NCBI GenBank assembly: GCA_965249555.1
Contig: OZ252243.1
Location: 1,344,001 to 1,408,000 of the forward strand
DNA from: Nitrosopumilus sp.
GTDB taxonomy: Archaea; Thermoproteota; Nitrososphaeria; Nitrososphaerales; Nitrosopumilaceae
Direction: 5' to 3'
Length of the DNA stretch: 64,000 bases
In this document: piece after piece, positions 16,557 through 25,011 of the stretch
Numbering within the stretch: the stretch's first letter is position 1
Layout of the letters: the number at the start of each line of letters is the position of its first letter
Program-made: the position numbers and the translations under genes
Notes under the pieces: model-generated
The model's database searches: none
What the model saw: the letters and a program-made list of their open reading frames with translations, nothing else
Told to the model about the DNA's origin: nothing

Positions 16557-18431
16557 ATGTCTTCCATAAAAGAAAAATTTAATCAAATATCTCCTAGTGA
16601 GTTCTTTTACAGCAATCGTGATTTAGCTGGTTTTAGTAATCCTACACGCTCCCTTTACACTGCAGTCAGAGAATTTGTTGAAAATTCATTAGATGCATGT
16701 GATCAAAAAGGGATTCTTCCAGATGTTCATTTAACAATAAAAGCTGTTGATCCTGAAAAATCTGATCCTAAACCCTATATTTTGACTGTTAAGGATAATG
16801 GTCCTGGTGTAGATTCAAAACATATTCCTCTTGCATTTGGAACTATCCTTTATGGTTCCAAATTTGGACTCAAACAAGCTAGAGGTATGTTTGGACTTGG
16901 TGCAACCATGGCAATTTTGTATGGTCAAATTACAACTAACAAACCAGTTACAGTGAAAAGTTCTACAGATGGAAAAATACAAGATGAATTTGAACTATTA
17001 TTGGACATTCAAAAAAATAAACCTATTATTGTAAAACATAAAACAAAAGAAATTTCCAAACATGGACTTTCTGTGAGCATTTGTTTGGAAGGTGATTACT
17101 CTAAAGCGGGTACAAAAATTCGAGATTATGTCTATGAAACTTCTTTGATTACCCCTTATGCAACAATAACTTTTGATGATCCTAAAGGACAAAAATTCCA
17201 TCATCCAAGATTTGTAAAAAATATACCTCCACCTCCAACAATAATTCGACCTCATCCACATGGTATTGATGTTGAAAGAATTCGAAGAATGATAGTTGAA
17301 TCACTATTTGAAATACCAAACATTGATGATGCTATGATTGAAAAAATGAGAAAAGATTTAGGATTGTCAAAGAAAAATCTTAGTTTTGCTACAATTATGG
17401 AAAAAGCAAGGAAAAAAGGGAAAGCTCTTCCACGTCAAACTCGAGTAGTAATTGCTTTGATGTCGTTTCTAAAAATGGATTTTGAAAAATTAAACAAAAT
17501 TAGAATTGAAGATATTGATGTACCTAACAAAAAATTATTTTACTGGGATTTTGGTGATTCACAATCAAAATCAGTTGATATGGATTCTGAAAGTCCTTAT
17601 TACAATTTATTATCTCATACAGTTCAAGGTGAACCCCTCACTACATTTTTGACTAAAAGATTCCAACGTGTAGGTCCTACTACTGCAGTCAAATTTGCAA
17701 AATTTGCAAAATTCAAGCCTGAAAAACGAATGGGTACAATGACAAACCAAGAGTTGGTTAATCTCAGTAATTCACTCCAAACATTTGAAGATTTTATGGC
17801 TCCAGATTCAAATTGTCTTGCACCCCTAGGGGCAGAACCCCTAGAAAAAGGAATCAAGAAATTCTTTAGTCCTGATTTCACTGCTGTAGTTCAACGTCCA
17901 GCATCTGCATATTCTGGATTTCCTTTCATAATTGAGATGGGTATTGCTTATGGTGGTGAAATTAAATCTGGTGGACCACATGTTTACAGATTTGCCAACA
18001 GAATTCCATTGCTTTATGATGAAGGAAGTGATGTAGTTCTCAAAGTTGTAAATGATGCTGATTGGGGTAGATACAAAGTAAAAGGTGAACCTCCGTTTGT
18101 CATTGTGTCTCATATTTGTTCTACTAGAATTCCGTATAAAACGGCAGGAAAAGAAAATGTTGCTGACAGACCAGAAATTGAACGAGAGTTAAGATTGGCA
18201 TTGCAATTATTATCAAGAAAATTGGCAGCATATATGTCAAAAAGAGGCCAAGCTGAAATGGCAAAAAAGAGATCTAATCTTTATGCAAAATATATTCCAA
18301 TGATTGCAGAGTTTTGTACAGAACTTGCTGGCAAGAAAAAAGAACCTAATTACAAGAAAATATTAGAAGAAGCAAATTCAATTGAACCTAAAAAAATAGT
18401 AGAGGAGGAAAAACCAATTGAAAACAAGTAA
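16557..18431 (+). CDS. top6B: DNA topoisomerase VI subunit B (with ~108-aa insertion)
   Basis: GHKL motifs EFVENSLDA, DNGPG, GSKF and RGMFGLG, plus RFANRIPLLY. Confidence 0.97.
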   Translation: MSSIKEKFNQISPSEFFYSNRDLAGFSNPTRSLYTAVREFVENSLDACDQKGILPDVHLTIKAVDPEKSDPKPYILTVKDNGPGVDSKHIPLAFGTILYGSKFGLKQARGMFGLGATMAILYGQITTNKPVTVKSSTDGKIQDEFELLLDIQKNKPIIVKHKTKEISKHGLSVSICLEGDYSKAGTKIRDYVYETSLITPYATITFDDPKGQKFHHPRFVKNIPPPPTIIRPHPHGIDVERIRRMIVESLFEIPNIDDAMIEKMRKDLGLSKKNLSFATIMEKARKKGKALPRQTRVVIALMSFLKMDFEKLNKIRIEDIDVPNKKLFYWDFGDSQSKSVDMDSESPYYNLLSHTVQGEPLTTFLTKRFQRVGPTTAVKFAKFAKFKPEKRMGTMTNQELVNLSNSLQTFEDFMAPDSNCLAPLGAEPLEKGIKKFFSPDFTAVVQRPASAYSGFPFIIEMGIAYGGEIKSGGPHVYRFANRIPLLYDEGSDVVLKVVNDADWGRYKVKGEPPFVIVSHICSTRIPYKTAGKENVADRPEIERELRLALQLLSRKLAAYMSKRGQAEMAKKRSNLYAKYIPMIAEFCTELAGKKKEPNYKKILEEANSIEPKKIVEEEKPIENK

Positions 18432-19524
18432 ATCAAAAGAATTAAGCAAGAAATCCAAAGAAAAACAAAAGAATATTCTTGAGATGCTTAAAAGTCACGG
18501 TGCAAAAATATATGATGATTTAGATAATGGACAATTTCCAAAATTCTCCATACCTAGTAGATCTGTTAGTAACATAGTTTATGATAAAAAACTTAGACAA
18601 TACATTCTAGGAAATAATTCTGCTTTGAGGAGTGCAAAAAATTCTGCTCAGTTGAGATCTTTTACACAATTGATGTGGCTTGCATTCTTTGCAAATAGAT
18701 TAACTCAGGAAAAAAAATCATCCACTCTGAGAGATGTTTATTATTCCTCTCAAGCATTTGCTGTTGAATTTGAAGATCAATCAGAATCAGATAATATCAT
18801 TGTGGATTTAGAAGCTGTTACATCTAAACCTCGAGAAGATTTTCACATATTTCCTGAAGAGCGAAGCTCAATCTTTGGTGATTTGAATATAGAGTATACA
18901 ATTCCTGGATATGAAGGAAAAACAATGAATCTATCCAATCATCCTGATGGATATTCAATAGGTCCAAGTCTTACCACTTGTGACTTGGTTGATACTAGTG
19001 CTGAAATTGTAATTGCAGTTGAAAAGGGTGGTCTTTTTACAAGATTTGTTGAAGAACAAATTGATAAAAAATTCAAATCTATAATTATCAATACAGGTGG
19101 ACAAGCTCCTCGTTCAACTAGAACACTATTGAAAAGACTTCATGATGAAATGGGATTACCTGTCATTATTCTTACTGATGGAGATGTGTATGGAGAACAT
19201 ATTGCAATGGTTATCAAATCTGGTTCTGCAAATGCTGCTCATCTAAGAGAACTTACAGTTCCTGATGCAAAATGGGTTGGAGTTTGGGCTACAGATATTG
19301 AAAAATACAAACTACCAACTATTCCTATGACTGAATCTGACATTAAGAGATGTTATGATCTTCAAAAAGATCCAAGATATCAAGAAGGAATTTGGAAAAA
19401 AGAACTAGATGTGTTTTTGAAACTTAAAAGAAAAGCAGAATTGGAGGCTTTCTCAAAATATGGTCTTACTAATATTACTGACAAATATCTTCCACAAAAA
19501 TTAGAATTAGCAAAAAGTCTTTAG
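18418..19524 (+). CDS. top6A: DNA topoisomerase VI subunit A
   Basis: STLRDVYY (catalytic Tyr), VEKGG, TDGDVYG and KAELEA. Confidence 0.97.
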   Translation: MKTSKSKELSKKSKEKQKNILEMLKSHGAKIYDDLDNGQFPKFSIPSRSVSNIVYDKKLRQYILGNNSALRSAKNSAQLRSFTQLMWLAFFANRLTQEKKSSTLRDVYYSSQAFAVEFEDQSESDNIIVDLEAVTSKPREDFHIFPEERSSIFGDLNIEYTIPGYEGKTMNLSNHPDGYSIGPSLTTCDLVDTSAEIVIAVEKGGLFTRFVEEQIDKKFKSIIINTGGQAPRSTRTLLKRLHDEMGLPVIILTDGDVYGEHIAMVIKSGSANAAHLRELTVPDAKWVGVWATDIEKYKLPTIPMTESDIKRCYDLQKDPRYQEGIWKKELDVFLKLKRKAELEAFSKYGLTNITDKYLPQKLELAKSL

Positions 19525-20037
19525 TTATTTTATTCTAAGTGTCAAGACACCATTTCTATATTTGAAATCAAATATCTGCATGTTAGCTGCCCCTTCTATT
19601 GGAACTTCTTTTGAAAATCCTCCAGTTCCACGTATATACAAAATCCCATCTACTAGTCTGACTGCAATTTTATCTTCAGGTCCTGATACTTCAGCCACAA
19701 ACACAAATTCTCCATCACTTTTAATCAGATCATAAACCCAGTTCTTTGTTTCTTGTTCTCTTACTTTGGAGTATAGTGGCTTTTGGTCCTTTGTCATTTT
19801 CTTTAAAACTCTAACCCAGAAAAATATTGTTAGTGCAGCTGCCCCAATTAAAATAAAACTCACAAAGCCTGAATCTTCCCTTTGTGTCATGATATAGATT
19901 ATTCCAAAAAATAGAATTATAATAATTGGTATTACAAAATTTAATGATTGTTCATTTGAATATGTTTTCTTATAACTTGCCAAACAGTAAAAATCTGAGT
20001 TTACCAAATATAAAGTATCTTTGGTTTTTATTACCAT
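19525..20037 (-). CDS. membrane-anchored Hsp20/alpha-crystallin-like protein
   Basis: Two N-terminal TM helices, then FVAEVSGPEDKI...YRNGVLTLRI. Confidence 0.7.
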   Translation of the reverse strand: MVIKTKDTLYLVNSDFYCLASYKKTYSNEQSLNFVIPIIIILFFGIIYIMTQREDSGFVSFILIGAAALTIFFWVRVLKKMTKDQKPLYSKVREQETKNWVYDLIKSDGEFVFVAEVSGPEDKIAVRLVDGILYIRGTGGFSKEVPIEGAANMQIFDFKYRNGVLTLRIK

Positions 20038-20054
20038 TTTTCAAAATTTAGCTA

Positions 20055-20276
20055 TTGTCTGATGATGAAAAATCTACCAAACTCACAATGCGAGAAATTG
20101 TATTAAGAGGAACCATTATTGCCATAATTATTACAATTCCATCAATTATTGCATTTGTTCTTACCTGGATTTTACTTGATGATTTGATCTATGCATTCAT
20201 TTCAGGCGCAATGGTTTATTTTGTTGCCATGATAATATCCTTGAAAATTTCTAAAAAATTTTTGGTCAAACAATAG
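20055..20276 (+). CDS. small two-TM membrane protein
   Basis: Two hydrophobic helices and a basic C-terminus. Confidence 0.65.
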   Translation: MSDDEKSTKLTMREIVLRGTIIAIIITIPSIIAFVLTWILLDDLIYAFISGAMVYFVAMIISLKISKKFLVKQ

Positions 20277-20317
20277 TTGTATAGATCATTTTTATTTCAT
20301 TGTAATTCACTTCAAAA

Positions 20318-20671
20318 ATGATGGATTCTAGAATTGAAAATGATCTGGTTTCTGAAATTAGATTAGCGCCTATTCAGGCTAAAGTGTATTTGTTAGTTAC
20401 CTGTTATGGAAAAATGTCTTCAACAAAAATTGGAGAAAAATTAAAAATTTCTTCTGATGTTGCTCAAAAGGCAGCTAAAGAACTAATGGCTCTTGGTGCT
20501 TTCATAGATTTTTCTGAAACTGAGTTTGAGGCAATGCATCCTAGATTTACAGCAGTTAACATGTATAGAAAAATGTGTGAGCGAGAAAATATTGAATTTA
20601 AACGAAATAAAATTGTTGATAATCTAGGAGCAATTTTAGAAAAACCATATGATGATGCAAGAACTAAATAA
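20318..20671 (+). CDS. TrmB-like winged-helix protein
   Basis: LAPIQAKVYLLV..YGKMSSTKIGEKLKI...AKELMALGA resembles the TrmB N-terminal HTH. Confidence 0.65.
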   Translation: MMDSRIENDLVSEIRLAPIQAKVYLLVTCYGKMSSTKIGEKLKISSDVAQKAAKELMALGAFIDFSETEFEAMHPRFTAVNMYRKMCERENIEFKRNKIVDNLGAILEKPYDDARTK

Positions 20672-20693
20672 TACTGATTATGGGTGAACATCA

Positions 20694-21092
20694 TTGAGTA
20701 TTGACACTGAAACTTGTAAACATCAACCTGTTTACTATGGAGTAATAAACATCAACATAGATGAGAAAACAATCGGTTCAGTTGATGTTTGGAGATGTGG
20801 TGCTTGCAAGAAACGATTCTGTGAAGAAAAACAACTTGGAATTGAAGAGATAGCTGATCTAGTGGGAATGCCCAAAATTGATTCTGATGCAAAGTGGGCA
20901 GTTACAGTATGTAAATTGCAACAAGGAAAATACAAATGGCAATTAGTTAAACTAAAAGAAAATAGTGAAATTAAACATGAATGTTTAGATGAGCAAATAA
21001 TTCCACTCAAGGTTAAGGATTTTAAAGTTGAAGACGATAAACATTGGAGCTTTTTAATTGATGACAATATTAACAAGGCTGTTGAAATTTAG
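20694..21092 (+). CDS. hypothetical protein with Cys/His metal-binding motifs
   Basis: CKH...CGACKKRFC. Confidence 0.65.
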   Translation: MSIDTETCKHQPVYYGVININIDEKTIGSVDVWRCGACKKRFCEEKQLGIEEIADLVGMPKIDSDAKWAVTVCKLQQGKYKWQLVKLKENSEIKHECLDEQIIPLKVKDFKVEDDKHWSFLIDDNINKAVEI

Positions 21093-21100
21093 TTTTTAAA

Positions 21101-21385
21101 ATGAATCTTACAGTTCACATTAATAATATTCATGGAAGTCAGATGGCTGCAAAGATCACTGGTAAATTCACTTTAGATGATAATGAATTTCGTTTTACTG
21201 CAATTGCATTTGGTAGAATAGGTGGACAAAATGTAGGTGCAAAGCTTTCTAAAACTACTGAGAAAGAATTGGAAAAATTAGGATATGATGTTGAGGAAGT
21301 TATCATCTTACTTCAAAAGAACTTACTTCAAGGAGATTTGACCCTCCCAGAAGGACTCACAAAAGAATCATTTGTAGATGACTAA
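21101..21385 (+). CDS. hypothetical protein
   Basis: 94-aa ORF co-oriented with its upstream neighbours. Confidence 0.65.
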   Translation: MNLTVHINNIHGSQMAAKITGKFTLDDNEFRFTAIAFGRIGGQNVGAKLSKTTEKELEKLGYDVEEVIILLQKNLLQGDLTLPEGLTKESFVDD

Positions 21386-22173
21386 AATTCTGCTTCTGCT
21401 AATGCCTTAGCACAGGAACAACTTCTGGTCTTAGGAATATTATCAATCAATTCTGTTAATACTTTTTTTGTTTTCTCTATATTTTTTGAAAGTGTCTCTA
21501 AGACTTGTTTAGCAGTTACAGGTTTTTCAGTCCAAACATCATAATCTGTAACTGTTGATATTGATACATAACACATCTGTGCTTCTCTTGCTAGTTGACA
21601 TTCTGGAACAAGTGTCATTCCAATGATATCTGCTCCAGTTGATCTGTAGAATTTTGATTCTGCTTTAGTTGAAAATCGTGGACCTTCAATGCAGACATAG
21701 GTGCAATCTTTATGCATCTTCAAATCTTGTTTGTCTGTTACTTGAAGAATTGATGATTGTAATTCCGGACAAAAAGGATCAGCTACTGAAATATGGATAA
21801 CTTTTCCTTCTTCTGAAAATGACCCCTCTCTTGATTTTGTAAAATCTAGAAATTGTGATGGTAATGCAAAGTGTCCAGGTTCTAATTCTTCTTTTAGACT
21901 TCCAACTGCTGAAGGTGCTATGATTCTTGTAACTCCTAATTCTTTGAATGCCCAAATGTTTGCTTTGAAATTAATCATATGTGGCGGAATAGTATGTTTT
22001 TTTCCATGTCTTGGAAGAAAAGCAATCTTTCTTCCATTAAAAATTCCAACTGTTATGGTATCTGATGGTTTACCAAAAGGTGTCTTGACATCTACTTCTT
22101 GTGCATTTTCGAGTAAACCTGAATCATAAATTCCTGTTCCTCCAAAAATTCCAATTTCAACATCTTTTTCCAT
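21382..22173 (-). CDS. mtnP: S-methyl-5'-thioadenosine phosphorylase
   Basis: Motifs [28 protein letters not shown] and TDYD. Confidence 0.95.
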   Translation of the reverse strand: MEKDVEIGIFGGTGIYDSGLLENAQEVDVKTPFGKPSDTITVGIFNGRKIAFLPRHGKKHTIPPHMINFKANIWAFKELGVTRIIAPSAVGSLKEELEPGHFALPSQFLDFTKSREGSFSEEGKVIHISVADPFCPELQSSILQVTDKQDLKMHKDCTYVCIEGPRFSTKAESKFYRSTGADIIGMTLVPECQLAREAQMCYVSISTVTDYDVWTEKPVTAKQVLETLSKNIEKTKKVLTELIDNIPKTRSCSCAKALAEAEF

Positions 22174-22685
22174 TAATACTTCACCAATGATTTACAATCA
22201 TACTTGCTGATTCCTTTAATTCCATTTAGTTCCGTTAATTCTATGATAAACGCAAACCCTGAAATTTTACCTCCTATTTTTTCAATTAATTTTGCAGATG
22301 CTTTTGCTGTACCTCCAGTTGCAAGTAAATCATCACAAATGAGTATTCTTTGCCCTTCTTTGATAATGTCTTTCTGAATCTCTATTGTGTCTTTACCATA
22401 TTCAATTGTGTATGATATTTTTACAGTTTTTCCAGGCAATTTTCCTGCTTTTCTAATCATTATCATGCCTTTGTTGTATCTTGAGGCTAAAAGACACGCT
22501 AAAATGAATCCTCTTGACTCAATTCCAGCAAACAAATCTATATCTTTTGGATGAAAATATTTTGAAAACTCATCAGCAATTAAAGACAAAGCTGATGGAT
22601 CTTTCAAAATTGGACTAAAGTCTCTAAACAAAATTCCTTTTTTCGGAAAATTAGGATATTCGGCAATTTTTTCTCTAAGATTCAT
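22173..22685 (-). CDS. apt: adenine phosphoribosyltransferase
   Basis: Motifs [23 protein letters not shown] and DDLLATGGT. Confidence 0.96.
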   Translation of the reverse strand: MNLREKIAEYPNFPKKGILFRDFSPILKDPSALSLIADEFSKYFHPKDIDLFAGIESRGFILACLLASRYNKGMIMIRKAGKLPGKTVKISYTIEYGKDTIEIQKDIIKEGQRILICDDLLATGGTAKASAKLIEKIGGKISGFAFIIELTELNGIKGISKYDCKSLVKY

Positions 22686-22727
22686 AGAAATTGTAGTGAT
22701 TTAGTAAAATAAAATTGTTTGAAATTG

Positions 22728-24932
22728 TTATTCCACTATAAAAGTGGTTTCTGCAGAATCAAAATTATCTGTTGCATTAACTGTATAAATTCCAGGTTCT
22801 GTTTCTTTAGGGATTATCCATGGCTGATTAATCTCTCCTTGGGCTGATGCTACAAATGACAAAGTCTGTATGATTTCACCGTCTTCTGCTATTATATTAA
22901 TTTCCACAGATTGTTTGGCTTCAATCACTTTGATTGAAATTGTTTTTCCAAGATGTGATGTACGTAGATCATCTACTTCAACTATTATCTGCATTCCTTC
23001 CTGTAATGTTGCTAAAACTTCAATTTCTTTTTCGGCAAAGTTTGCTCCACTTGTTGCCTTGATTATCCAAATTCCAGATTTTGCATCTGATGGTATCCTA
23101 AATGATTCTTCTGAAATTTTACCTGTTGTGACTCCACTTTTTATGTCTGTAACTGTGTGTATTATGATTGTCTCTTTTGTTTTTACTATATCTCCATCTA
23201 CATCTGTTAATGTAAATTCTGCCACGCATTTTCTCTCTGTTTCACCTAGAATTAAAATGGGTTCCCCAGGTACATAACTCTCCTTGGTAGTGTCAATATT
23301 CATTGTACCACAAATACTCTGCACACCAACTGTAAAAACATCCTTAGTTTGAGTACTTCCCTTACTAATTACGGCGGTGTATATTCCAGTTGCATATTCA
23401 TCTAGATTAAGAGAATATGTTCCTCTACCATCTGATTGTAGTGTTATGGATATTGTTTCTCCTTTTGGTTTTTCATCAGGATCAAGAATTAGTAAACTAA
23501 TGATATCTGATCCTTTCCCTGTGAGTGAAATTATTGCCATATCTCCTGCTTTGTAGTTTAATGCATCAAATTCTAAGTTAACTGGAATTGAAGGTAATTG
23601 TCCAAGTCCTGCAAAAATAAACTCTTTTTCTTTTTCTTGTGTTGCAATTAGTGTGTATGTTCCCTTTGCTGTACTTTGCTCTGTTAGAAATTCAAATTCT
23701 ACAAAACCTGAATCATCAACTTGAATAATATCTGAAAAAACCTCATTTCCAATAGGGTCTTCTAATATCATTTCAATTGATTTGTTTGGTAAGGCAGTTC
23801 CGTTAAATCTCATGACTTCACCTGGTTCAAACTTTAAACTAATTGGAGTTATGATTATTACTTTATCTGATTCTACAGTCCAATGTTTTAGTATATTTTG
23901 TCTTCCATCTGTGATAGTTGCACTGTATTTGCCAAATGGAGTGTCTAATGCTACAATAATTGGCTCATCTAATTTCCAGTTCCCTTTACTGTCTATTTCT
24001 GCTGTTCTTGAATTGATTATTTCTCCTTCTGAATTAGCAACTTCTGCTGTAATTGCACTATCTGGATCTCCAGTTCCAAAAATCTCTAAAAAGTCACCTC
24101 TATGTATAACATCTGGAATTCCTTGAATTGTGAGTTTGATGTTTTCCGTTTCTGGAATTCTGCTTTCAATTTCCCCTATTCTTAGACTAATCTTTTTCTC
24201 TCCTCCATCTTTATCTTTTATTTTGAAATCTGCTCTGTCAGCTTTTTGATCTTCAGGAATTTTCATTGTAGTCATAAAGTGACCATTTCCATCTGTTTCA
24301 AAACTACCTATTTTTTTTGAATCAATGTAAAAATCAAATTCTTGAGATACAGCAAATTTATCTCCTGTAACTCTGATTGATGACCCAACATTTGGTTTCT
24401 CTGGAACTATTCTAAAGATTGATTCTGATATGTCATAAACTACTACATCAGTATTTTCTGTACTTTGCTCTTGTTTAGGTTCTGTATTTTGAATTACATC
24501 TGGCAATCCCTCAGGTGACACTATGCCAGTACTAGTTTGTTTGTCTTCTTTGTCTAATATCTTCCAATTAATTCCAGGTTTTTCTTTATCTGTTTTAACA
24601 CCAAACTTTGCCGATTCACCTGGTTTGATTGTTTCAGATGATGTGAAAATTATTACTCCTTGTGGAGTTTTTTCACCCACCCATCCTTTTTCTGTTTTAA
24701 AAGATTCAAAACTAAAATCACTTCCAAGCCAAATTCTAAAAGTATTAACTTCTTCATTAGAATCATTTGTGATTTCAATTATTGTTGTCTCTTCAAATGC
24801 AAAACTTTTGACATTAACTTCTTCTGCATATGCATTTGATGGAATTGCAATAAGTATTATTGAAAATAATAATGTAATTGAAAGGAAAATTCCTCTCGTC
24901 GAGGATTTATTCATATAATTCGGATTAGCCAT
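22728..24932 (-). CDS. large secreted/surface protein with tandem Ig-like beta domains
   Basis: Signal peptide (AYA|EE), acidic beta-rich repeats, and (T)KESYVPGEPILILG-type motifs. Confidence 0.75.
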   Translation of the reverse strand: MANPNYMNKSSTRGIFLSITLLFSIILIAIPSNAYAEEVNVKSFAFEETTIIEITNDSNEEVNTFRIWLGSDFSFESFKTEKGWVGEKTPQGVIIFTSSETIKPGESAKFGVKTDKEKPGINWKILDKEDKQTSTGIVSPEGLPDVIQNTEPKQEQSTENTDVVVYDISESIFRIVPEKPNVGSSIRVTGDKFAVSQEFDFYIDSKKIGSFETDGNGHFMTTMKIPEDQKADRADFKIKDKDGGEKKISLRIGEIESRIPETENIKLTIQGIPDVIHRGDFLEIFGTGDPDSAITAEVANSEGEIINSRTAEIDSKGNWKLDEPIIVALDTPFGKYSATITDGRQNILKHWTVESDKVIIITPISLKFEPGEVMRFNGTALPNKSIEMILEDPIGNEVFSDIIQVDDSGFVEFEFLTEQSTAKGTYTLIATQEKEKEFIFAGLGQLPSIPVNLEFDALNYKAGDMAIISLTGKGSDIISLLILDPDEKPKGETISITLQSDGRGTYSLNLDEYATGIYTAVISKGSTQTKDVFTVGVQSICGTMNIDTTKESYVPGEPILILGETERKCVAEFTLTDVDGDIVKTKETIIIHTVTDIKSGVTTGKISEESFRIPSDAKSGIWIIKATSGANFAEKEIEVLATLQEGMQIIVEVDDLRTSHLGKTISIKVIEAKQSVEINIIAEDGEIIQTLSFVASAQGEINQPWIIPKETEPGIYTVNATDNFDSAETTFIVE

Positions 24933-25011
24933 CTCTCACTTAAACCTAAAGCCTTTTTCCTATTCTTCTATTATTTACTTCAGTATTTTTCATGAGAAAC
25001 CTTCTTAAATC

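Noticed and set aside
17304-17627. Possible intein in Top6B
   Set aside because: There is no N-terminal Cys/Ser block, no C-terminal His-Asn followed by Cys/Ser/Thr, and no LAGLIDADG motif.
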